NCBI GenBank assembly: GCA_951406725.2 | Contig: OX597830.1 | Location: forward strand, 47,802,001 to 47,866,000 | From: Octopus vulgaris | Taxonomy: Eukaryota | Reading direction: 5' to 3' | DNA: 64,000 nucleotides | In this document: positions 53,222-64,000 of the stretch, in pieces | Layout of the letters: the number at the start of each line of letters is the position of its first letter | How positions within the stretch are numbered: the stretch's first letter is position 1 | Made by a program: the position numbers and the translations under genes | Notes under the pieces: model-generated | What the model saw: the letters and a program-made list of their open reading frames with translations, nothing else | Databases searched by the model: none | Told to the model about the DNA's origin: nothing

Positions 53222-56200
53222 TACATACATATACAAACATACAAATACACAAATATAAACATATACAAACACACATTCACACACATACATACACATACAT
53301 ACACACACGCCTGTGCATCTGCCAATGATATCGCATTTCATTAAAGACCAAATGGTTCTATAGACCAGACAGATTTACCTGACATGTTAATCCAGTTGAT
53401 TAGAACAGAGTATAATAGGATTATAAAAATGCTATTGGCCAATGATGATTTATCAGTCTTCTAATTCCTGACATCTATGTTTGTCTTTGTTATGCTTCAC
53501 AAAATCACTTCTAATTCTTTTCCGTTTATACTCTATTGCTCTCCTTTTAAACACATAACTTATCAACTCAATGGTTCATGTTTATTTTCATTTTTATTTT
53601 TTTCATATGAAACCTCAAAACTTTTAGTTGAAAAATGAGAAATTGTATAAAACTGCACTTTTAAGAAAAAAGTGAATGTTTAGAAAAAAACATTCATCAT
53701 ACAATTTTTTTTTCTCATATTTATACAATTTTTCTATTTTTCTAGGCAGAAAAATCTCTTTTTTTTTTATTTATTTATGTATTAATTTATCTTTGGTGAA
53801 TCTCTTTCTGAGTATATATTGTGCATTCATATCTTTAAAAGATATATTCTGTACATATATAAAACAAAATAATATATTTCTTATAAAACATTATAAAACA
53901 GAGATGGCACATTTCCATTCAGTTATCTTTATTATTTTAATTTGTTTTTTTTTACTCATCATATTCTCATTGATTTTTTTCTTCTTTTTTGTTGTTGTCC
54001 CCTAGTTCGAAATTTCTTATCGATAAAACTGTCAAGTTCAGAGATTGAAGAATATGAATAGGAAAATGTAGAAAACTGAAATTGAACTTCAATAGCTAAC
54101 CAAAAATGAGCTGGTCGACATTCAATGTGCATCCTGACCATGTTTTTATAGAACCAGAAGAAATTATTGACCCAAAGTGTGAGGAATGAAAACAAAGAAA
54201 ATAATTCTCTATATATGAAGGCGCTGCTCCAGTATGGCCGGGTATTTGCCTTCTAAAACAAACTAATGACTGTCTTTATCTTTACTTATATCAGTCACTG
54301 GACCACGGCCATTCTGGGGCACTGCCTTCAAAAGTATTCATCAGACAGATCAACCCCAGGACTTATTTTTTTAAGTCTGGTACTTGCTCTATTGGTCTCT
54401 TTTGCCAAACTGCTAAGTTATATGAATGTAAACAAACCAGCACTGGCTGTCAAGTGGGGTTAAGGGGACAAACACAAGCACAAGCACACACACATATATA
54501 TATATATTTATAGTATATAGTTCTGCAATTTATATTTATTTAGACGGTCACACCGAAGATCTACGGACATTTACGTAAGTAAAATTACATAATATGTTAA
54601 TAGAGAAACATGTATATGAATAATCCATATTTTTATTGCTTTTCTTTTGTCTTGCTCAATTACGTTTTGGTTGTTTTGCTAAATTTTTCTTGAGAACATT
54701 TCTCAGTGGTAAGACCATAGCAAATCTACTTCTAGCATAAGGGTTGTCCACATAGTGGTCATCCCTCTCATATGTATATAATACAATTTTACTGAACCTT
54801 AAGATTTTTATATGCTAGACCACTGGTGTGAAATCGATGTTAATTAAATTAATATCAAATTTCTCACCCTCATCTTAAATTTTGATATATATATATATAT
54901 TATATATATACATATACACATATATAATATTTGTAAACAAACCTGAAGTTACAGAGAAAGAGTGATTATAAAAGTCTTTATATACAATAATAACTATATG
55001 ATAATATGTGATAATAATAATAACATATATACACCGATTTGTCTACAAATATTATATGCATGTGTGTGTGATAAGCTTCTACACAATTTCCTTTAATCAA
55101 ATTCACTCAGAAAACATTGGTTGGCCCTGAGGCCATAGTGGAAGACACTTGCCTAAAGTGCAGTAAAGTGGGATTGAACTCTTAACCAACACAGTCCTGC
55201 CTGCATCTATAATAATAAATATTACGTTCTTTAGTCTGTTTTGCCATGGCAGCCAAGACCATGCTGGGGCACTATTACATTATTATACTCATTCATTTCT
55301 GAATGAAATTGAATTAGCATATAACAATATATTTCTGTATATTTCTATTGATTTCAATTGTGTGTGTGTGTGTATGTGTATGTGTGTGTGTGTGTGCATG
55401 TGTGTGTGTGTGTGTGTGTGTGCGTGTGTGTGTGTTTGTATTTTGTGCCTCATCTTTATAAGCTGGGTCTTGTATTTGAATATCAAATAACTTTCTAAAA
55501 CTGCAAAATTTGGGAAAAAGAAAAAAAAGGAAAGCAGTTTAAACATCGAGAGAAACATTTTTGTTTTCTTTCTTTGCTTGATTTTACAATGGAAATTTAA
55601 TTAAGATTACTAGAAAGTAATCTGCACGGATGGGAAATATTCTCTCCAACCACACAGAAGTAAAACGAATGGGACAATCAAATTGATGCTTGTAGAAAAC
55701 AAAAGCAATTTCATTTTTATAATTGTTTCGTAATTCTATATAGAATTTATTTGGACTTCCTAGCTTGTCTAGTGTTTGAGATATCAGAAGAGATAGGCAT
55801 GCAATCAATCAGCAAATATGAATTAAACTGTGGCATTTAATATTTCAGTGGTTAAATATATTGAATAGAATGTGAGGGTGGATGGTAGTCATATGCAAGT
55901 AATAAGTAAAAAAAAAAAGCGGAATTTCAATTTAAATCAATATAAGAATGTTCAGTTTGTTTCTGTTTTTTTTTTTTCCTATCTTTTTTTTTTTAATTGA
56001 ATTTTTCACTTGAGTTTGAATTTCAGTTTTAGAATCAATTTTTTTTTTCTTCCTTTTTGTGTTATTATTTGAAAAGATTTCAGATTTGTTAATCTGAAAT
56101 TTAAATCTAAAAAAGGAAATATTAACAGCAAAATACTATATAATAATACACATATTATAGATAAAATGTGTCATAATAGACAACAACACACACGGAATAA

Positions 56201-56701
56201 ACAACAAAAGAGACAACACCATAAACCGTGTAGTGTATTGTAGTATGATTAGCTTCCGTTTTAATCAAAGCAGCATCATGAAAGTCCGTAGCGATCTGAA
56301 CGAGAAAACAAATGACTCAGTTAACATCATTTGTTCTCTTATTGAAGTGAAGAAACTTTAAGAGAGATCATATTACAACAGTCAAGCCACTAAAAATCTG
56401 TCTCCATTAATTTTCCTTTTGAATTACAAAATCTTCACAGCAATAACGAGTAGGGTAGTACAGTTGTCTCATTGCACTGTGTGACACGTTGGGCAAGTGT
56501 CTTCTACTACAGCCACAGGCTGACCCAATCCTTGTGAGTGGATTTGGTAGATAGAAACTGAAAGAAGCCCATTATGTGAGTGTGTGTGTGTGTATATATA
56601 TATATATGTGTGTGCATGTATATATATATGTATAGTTGAGGTTGTATGTCTGTATATATATATATATATGTATCTGTTTATATATACATATATATATATA
56701 T

Positions 56702-56735
<34 letters not shown>

Positions 56736-56892
56736 GTATCTGCATATATAAATATATGTGTATATATATATATATATATATACACAGAATTGATAGCATG
56801 CCAGGCAAAATGCTTACTGGTATTTTGCCCATCTTCATGTTCTGAGTTCAAATACTGATGAGGTTGACTTTGCCTTTCATCCTTCTGGGGTT

Positions 56893-57112
56893 ACTCTTTT
56901 ACTCTTTTACTTGTTTCAGTCATTTGACTGTGGCCATGCTGGAGCACCGCCTTTAGTCAAGCAACTCAACCCCGAGACTTATTCTTTGTAAGCCCAGTAC
57001 TTATTCTATTGGCCTCTTTTTGCCGAACCGCTAAGTGATGGGGACATAAACACACCAGCATCAGTTGTAAAGCAATGCTAGGGGGATGAACACAGACACA
57101 CAAACATACACG

Positions 57113-57155
<43 letters not shown>

Positions 57156-57310
57156 CGGGCTTCTTTCAGTTTCTGTCTACCAAATCCACTCACAAGGCTT
57201 TGGTTGGCCCGAGGCTATAGTAGAAGACACTTGCCCAAGGTGCCACGCAGTGGGACTGAACCCGGAACCATGAGGTTGGTAAGCAAGCTACTTACTACAC
57301 AGCCACTCCT
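56893..57310 (-). mobile_element. SINE family A copy nested in a SINE B copy (about 56785-57405)
   Basis: SINE B ...cctttcatccttctggggtt is interrupted and resumes as gatgaaataagtaccag. Confidence 0.8.
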
Positions 57311-59477
57311 TGATGAAATAAGTACCAGTTGAACACTGGGGTTGATGTGATCGACTTACCCCACCCCCACAAATTTCTGGCCTTGTGCCTATAGTAGAAA
57401 GTATTATTATTATTATTTTTTTTTTTGTATTATTCAACTGAAATGCATCTCATCATGCTAAACCAGGAATCACTGAATTCCCTTGGTTTTAGTAAGGTCA
57501 TCAATTTAGAACTCAGGGTCCACTGTCCTCCTTGAGCTGTGAGTCATCACTGGAACAAATTGGTGGGTGGCTTCCATTCTCATCCCTGGTTATGTACTTG
57601 GTTTTCTTGGCATTAAGAAATAAACCAGCCAAAGTCATGCTATTCCTCAAGGGAAGAGAACAAGTCTTGTACACCACACATTATTACATGACTAGGATGA
57701 AATTATAATCCATGAATCTCAATTAAAAAGGAGCAAAACATTTAGCCTCCCTTTTTAAGTGAGATGACAAAATGGAGATTGCTTAGCTCCCCATGGTTCT
57801 TTAAAAGACCATAGACCAAATTTCTTAGCTGGCCCTAAAAGTGGACTTATTAATCCTATTAAGAACAAACAAGGTGACATTATCAAACATATAGTAGGTT
57901 CAATCAGCAACACTTTTAGGCCCACCCCTAACTGTCTCCTTTCAAATAATAATTGATTGGTTTCATAACACACAGGACAATATTAACAGTAAATTCACAT
58001 AGTTTTACATTGTGGAATTTTACCATTCCTTCCACTAAATCTCTCTTGAGAATGAAAGTAATAGATTTTGGTTTTAGATTTACACTGTTAGTGATTCAGA
58101 AATTGTGATTGCAAAGCTAACCTCTCCCTACTATAGAGCCACACTTTAAACCCCAAACCTTCTAAGAATTGAAAACAAAAATTTTTAATAAATGAGAAAC
58201 AGTTTAGTTCAAACATTTTAAAAACAAACACCCTCTCAAATGCTGAGAGTTGCAGACGACCATGATGTAATAGGGTTGAAGATCAATAATTCAAATGTGG
58301 TGTGAGGAAAGTGATAGGATGGAAGGAAACCATAAACATTCCAAAGACTTCATAGAGAAATCTTACAATTTCATTTGTGTTTTTATAACAGGATCAAATC
58401 AACAATCTCAGTGATTATGCGGACACTTGCAGATTAAAACCAATTTGATATTTTTAATTTTAAAATTAGCATTTTATTTTTGGTTAGGAGGAAAATGCTT
58501 CACAAGACAAGAATTTAGCTATTGCAATAAATTGTTCAACAAGGAAAATTTCTATAACAAAGAATTAACAACACTTACTGAAAGTACAATGCAATGGATA
58601 GGAAAACAGTCTGTTTAAAGCTGCAAGTTAAGGGGCATTGCCAATCATAAGTTTCTTTTTTGTTATCTTCATGACTGCCTAACATCTGTCCAGTTAGATA
58701 AATTGGTTTACACACTCACACACACATGCACGTGGCATCTTATGCTTTATAAAACATAGCATTATTTCAACAAACAGCAGCCAGGATTGCATAACTGAGG
58801 GCTGGAACATTTATAATTTTTATTCCAAACAATTTAGTATTGCTTCTACAATGCAATATAATACCAGTGTCTTTGCATCTTCCTGAATCATCAAAACATG
58901 AAACTCCAAGTAGTTCATGTCCTTCAAAAGACCATTTAGCCACACGTTTGCCCCATCTGCCTCACTTGTTTCAAGTGGGTTTTTAGATCTGATTTGCTCT
59001 GCATGAACCAAAGTCGCAATTCTGTTTCACAAACTAAAAACATTGCTGTTTCCAAAATGCATAACAAAGCTGACAATTTTGGGTGTTGGAACTTGATTAT
59101 TTTTTTTTATATCACATCTACTCACCAACAGAAGAGAACAACATCAAAGACGCATAGATCTAGCCACTCATCCAAGCAGAAGCACAAAGTAACCCTGTTA
59201 GTATAAGGACAAACAGAATGGCACCGGGTGGCTACCCTGCAATGGAATTCCTGTTGCAGATCATTCATTAATATCAGATACCTTTCATTTGCTTCAGATT
59301 CTAAGCAAGATTGCTTTCTAAATTATTGAGTGTTATTTACTTAACATTTATCCAACTAAATTTCAACATCTTTTAGGAGCAAATTCACAAATGCTTCAAT
59401 CATTTCAGAATATTTTAACAAATGTCAGCCATGCAAAATTCCCAATCCTAAAACAGACTTCAGTTCTTTGTAATTAA

Positions 59478-59757
59478 CTCTTTGGCATTTAAACTATTCA
59501 TATCTAGCCCAAATAATCTACCTGTTTGATGTATCAAAACCATCAGGTCTTCAGCATTTAAACCAGCCACACCCAGCTAAAATATCCTACCTGTTTTGTG
59601 TTCAAACCAGCCGTGTCTGGTCTCTCACACCTACCCTACAATGTCATTCTAAAAATAAGCAATCACATCATCAAATCTTGAAGCAATGCATGGTTAATTC
59701 AAAACAATGCAAATAAATAAGCATTAGATTTGACAGTGGAACCCGAATGCCAAAGAG
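59478..59757. mobile_element. TTAA-type MITE with internal duplication
   Basis: TIR CTCTTTGGCATT / AATGCCAAAGAG, TTAA on the left. Confidence 0.65.
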
Positions 59758-60424
59758 TTCAAAGCCAAATATCAATCTAGACAAACATTTTCTTTTGAAA
59801 CTGAATATCCCAAAAATGATTAATTGTAACAATTAAAGATATATTTCCCAGAAATAATAGTTATGCCTTCATCTATTTGTCAATCAAAGTTTTGTGTTCA
59901 AGTTCAATTCCTCAGAACCAGATGCATCCAAATATAATGTCATCCTGTTTGACTATTTGACTCTTGTTATCGTTCCACAAAGTCTTTTCTATTACACTTT
60001 GTAAAACAGCACTCAGCCTTTTGTACCAAAAGGCATTTGGGTGCATTTCAACAAACCAACAGGAGGTAATTTCTTACCCTCTATTTTAATTTGGTAGGAC
60101 TAATTCTCAGATGAATTCTACAAAATATTCCACACCAGCTAAAGAGTGAAAGATTAACTCAATATTACAAAGTGGATAAGAATGGTAAAAAGAAATCATA
60201 TAACAGAATGCCACCTTGTAGTCACTATGTCTTCATTTGGTTTTTGTACAACCACAATAAGTGATGTCCACTTGCTACCAACAAAAAGAACACACTCTGA
60301 TATTCCTAGTTCAAACCACTATTTCGTTAGCTTTGCTATTATCAGCAGAAAATATAAATTGGCAAGTTAAAGAATTCAAAATATAAACAAAGTACATTTT
60401 CTTTCAATTTAATACTGGTCTAAG

Positions 60425-60787
60425 CATCATCATCATCATCATCGTTTAACGTCCGTTTTCCATGCTAGCATGGGTTGGATGGTTCGACCGGGGATCTGGG
60501 AAGCCAGAAGGCTGCCCCAGGCTCCGATCTTATCTGGCAATGTTTCTACAGCTGGATGCCCTTCCTAACGCCAACCACTCCATGAGTGTAGTGGGTGCTT
60601 TTTACGTGCCACCTGCACTGGAAACTGGCGAGGCTGGCATCGGCCACGGGCGGATTGGTGCATTTTATGTGCCACCTGCACGGAAGCCAGTCGAGGCGGC
60701 ACTGGCTTCGGCCATGATTTGGATGGTGCTTTTTACATGCCACCAACACGGAAGCCAGTCGAGGCGGCGCTGGCATCGGCCACGGTT
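60425..60787 (-). mobile_element. RTE 3'-tail copy
   Basis: (CAT)n + cgtttaacgtccg...; UTR repeats. Confidence 0.85.
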
Positions 60788-61479
60788 TTAGTAAATCACT
60801 ATCTTCAACACCAGACACAATAAACTGATTAATCTTGTACATCAGTTCCAACAAGTTCATTATTTTTATCACAGGCCATAAGCATCATCATCATCCTCAT
60901 TTAATGTCTGCTTTCCATGCTGGCATGGGTTAGCCGGTTTGACTGGAACTGAGAAGCTGGAGAGCTGCATCAGGCCCCAGTTGTCTGCTTTGGCATGGTT
61001 CCTACAGCTGGAAGCCCTTCTTAATGCCAACCACTCCAAGAGTGTAATGGGTGCTGATGGGTGCTTTTTATGTGTCCCTGTCATGGGTGCCTTTTACACG
61101 ACTACGATTTCACAGGTGCCATTGACATGACACTGGCAACAGGCGTGACTATGATTTCACTTGGCTTAACAAGTAAGAATTCTTAAGCACAGCAGACCAC
61201 AAAAGCTCTTGCTCACTTGTCATCTCAAGCACAGCGTTGAGGATCCAAAAAGTTCCTTGGCATAGCAGAGCCCTGCAACCAATATTTACCTGCAAATTCA
61301 AAATGACATTATGGTCCTTTTGTTACCTTGCAGTATAAACCCATTTATTTTGCTTTTAGATCCTTTCATCCCTAATTTGTTCCAAATGTTTTTAATGCTA
61401 CAATCTGATTGAAAATGGTTCTTTTTGTTATAAAATGTAAATATTTTAAAAAAAAACAAGAAAAAGACATTCCTAAATA

Positions 61480-62202
61480 GTTGTCTACTGTGACATCTTG
61501 AAGACATTTGGTAAAAGCAACTGAATCTGTGGAGTACAAAGAATTGGTTTCTTCACAACGGCAATGCACCCTGTCACCAAGTTCTCAATATAACACCATA
61601 TCATTTCTGCACCTGACCTATTCACCTGATTTAGGCACCTACGGACTTCCATCTCTTCCACAAGATGAAAATGCAGCTCAAAGGTCACTCTTTTAACACG
61701 ATTGTCGAAATTCAGAGCAAATTGCAAAAGGTCCTCCACTTACTAATGGAAAACGACTTCCAGGCTGGACTCCAAAAGTGGCAGGAACACTGGGACCAGT
61801 GTATTGCTGTGCAAGGTATTTTGAGGGAGATGATGATAAAACTTAGGTCATTGAGTTATTTTTTGTAGTAAAGACAGTTTGCCAACATAACATGGCAGTC
61901 CTGGTTTAGGACTAATGTTGCTGTAATTTAACCCCAGGAGACATCGTCTCCAGCTGTCTATACGACACGATCTGTGTCCTTATATATTGCATCGTATAGC
62001 CAGGTGGAGATAATGTCTCCTGGGGTTAAATTACAGCAACATTCATCCTAAACCAGGATTGCCATGTTCTGCTGGCATACAATCTTTACTACAAAGTACT
62101 GTTGCTGAATATCTCTCGTTGTGAGATTTAAAAATAGTAATTTTCTAAAGTTATATTTTATGAAACATAACTACTGCTGGAACATTTTGATACCACCTCA
62201 TA
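61480..62202 (+). pseudogene. Mariner transposase C-terminal remnant with 3' TIR, interrupted at 61877-62147
   Basis: WFLHNGNAPCH (cf. HDNA..H), YSPDL, DFHLF..MK..LKG, W..CIAVQG-YFEG across frameshifts; TIR-like ttttgataccacctcata near 62185-62202. Confidence 0.8.
61877..62147. mobile_element. Head-to-head inverted copies of the 22698 Penelope-like repeat
   Basis: 61877-61965 pairs with 61992-62080; both match 22700-22870. Confidence 0.85.
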
Positions 62203-62489
62203 CATCTAAACTCTATTTTGCCTGTTTGTTCTCAAGTCATCATTAAGCGTTTTCTTCCAGGATGAGTAACGTTTCTACAGTAAAGTTAGTAATGCTCATA
62301 CATACTAGTTCAATTCTAATCAGGTTATTATGTATACAACCAATATCAAAACACCTGACTCTGATTGGAAATCAATTAAATCGGAATACAGAACAAATGG
62401 AAACATCAAAATATTTTACTTCCTGAATAACATTAGTACTCAAAAGAATTATAAGCTTATTTCACTTTTAAAGTTGGATTTTATCACAT

Positions 62490-62810
62490 ATCATCATCAT
62501 CATCATCATCATCATCGTTTAGCGTCCGCTTTCCATGCTAGCATGGGTTGGACGGTTCAACTGGGGTCTGTGAAGCCAGAAGGCTGCATCAGGCCAAGTC
62601 TGATCTGGCAGTGTTTCTATGGCTGGATGCCCTTCCTAACGCCAACCACTCCGTGAGTGTAGTGGGTGCTTTTTACGTGCCACCCGCACAGGTGCCAGAC
62701 GGAGCTGGCAAACAGCCACGGACGGATGGTGCTTTTTATGTGCCACTGGCACGGGGGCCAGGCGAGGCTGGCAACGGCCACGATCAGATGGTGCTTTTTA
62801 CGTGCCAATA
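62490..62810 (-). mobile_element. RTE 3'-tail copy, young subfamily
   Basis: Nearly identical to 31270-31530 and 32503-32780. Confidence 0.85.
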
Positions 62811-63370
62811 TAAATAATATATATATATATATGCTTATATACATACGTATATGTATATACTTACATCTATATATAGATATATGCTTCTATACATACATAT
62901 ATGTATATACGTACATCTTATATATATATATGCGTAAGTGGGCACAGGACATCACGAAACATGTACAACAAAAAAATACGAAGCATGAGTACATGAAACA
63001 TGAACTATTCTTTCGAACAACAGAAGACACAAATGGAAAACAAAACAAACAACATAAAGAATGACCCTTCATCAGTTGTCGGCTGTTTTTCTAGTCTCGT
63101 ATTTCGAACATTTAACAACAATATATACTTTCCATAAAACAGTTGCTCCTGCAAAGCAAATTAAATAAAATTTGGGATTTTGCGGAGGGTCAAAATAGGT
63201 GACACAAACAGGACAGTGAAAACAAACAGGAAGGGCTGCTAAGCCTAAACGAGGTTGTGGTGGCATATGCATAAATCAAGCTAGGACAGGAGACAAACAA
63301 GAACACGTCTCCTTGTTCCAGCTACAAAACAGAGACAAACACATACATAAATATGTATATATATATGTAC

Positions 63371-63402
<32 letters not shown>

Positions 63403-63404
<2 letters not shown>

Positions 63405-64000
63405 CATCATCATCATCATCATCGTTTAGCGTCCGCTCTCCATGCTAGCATGGGTTGGACGGTTCTACTGGGGTCTGTGAAGCCAGAAGGCTTCATCAGG
63501 CCCAGTCAAATCTGGCAGTGTTTCTACAGCTGGATGCCCTTCCTAACGCCAACCACTCCGTGAGTGTAGTGGGTGCTTTTACGTGCCACCCGCACAGGTG
63601 CCAGACAGAGCTGGCAAACGGCCACGAACAGATGGTGCTTTTTATGTGCCACCGGTATGAGGGCCAGGCGAGGCTGGCAACGGACACGAAACGGGGCGGT
63701 GCTGGCAACGGTCGCGAAACAGAAGGTTCTCTTACATGCCACCGGCACTGGTAACACATCTGCAATTTCCATTGATCGATTTCGATTCTGGTCCTCACTT
63801 GCCTCAACAGGTCTTCACAAGTAGAGTTTTGTGTCCCAAGAAGGGAAGGTATGCATACGTAGGCTGGCTCCATCTCATGTAGAAGGCCACGGGTTATGGA
63901 CTCACTTGTCCTGCCGGGTCTTCTTGCGCACAGCACACTTCCAGAGGTCTCGGTCTCTAGTCATTTCCTCAGTGAGACCTAAAGTTCGAAGGTCGTGCTT
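63403..64000 (-). mobile_element. RTE LINE 3' end running off the window
   Basis: Tail, UTR repeats and ORF end (KHDLRTLGLTEEM) as in the 32503 element. Confidence 0.88.

Noticed and set aside
54005-54574. Possible plus-strand exons (54005-54060 RNFLSIKLSSSEIEEYE*, and 54544-54574 ending in gtaagt)
   Set aside because: Only splice-like signals; no recognisable protein or consistent partner exons.
58820-59260. Possible hAT transposase relic (VATRCHS resembling V.TRWNS on minus)
   Set aside because: Single weak motif with many stops; cannot be supported without a search.
62935-63350. CTGATGA on the minus strand near 63069-63075 in a repeat-like segment
   Set aside because: Could not build stems II/III with a properly placed GAAA; not called as a hammerhead.

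Overview
Repeat-rich, AT-rich eukaryotic DNA, not prokaryotic. The SINE/LINE repertoire and microsatellite load resemble an octopod cephalopod (inference from remembered repeat families, not searched). One host gene is supported: five minus-strand exons of a leishmanolysin-like peptidase (invadolysin/LMLN, M8 family, HEILH motif) that splice in frame with GT-AG introns, including a 29.4 kb intron. Neither the first exon nor exons after HExxH were found. The rest is a nested mosaic of RTE LINEs and many copies of their 3' tail, (TAA)n-associated R4/Dong-like LINEs, several tRNA-derived SINE families, TTAA and hAT-type MITEs, a Helentron-like element, a mariner remnant, minisatellites and microsatellites. 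The most interesting signal is several unrelated short repeats carrying minimal type I hammerhead ribozyme folds with Penelope-like tandem/inverted arrangements. One fuses a tRNA-like Pol III head to a hammerhead, and two near-intact hammerheads lie on the LMLN pre-mRNA strand. Most ORFs in the supplied track are microsatellite or repeat artefacts. Repeat boundaries were read by eye and are approximate.
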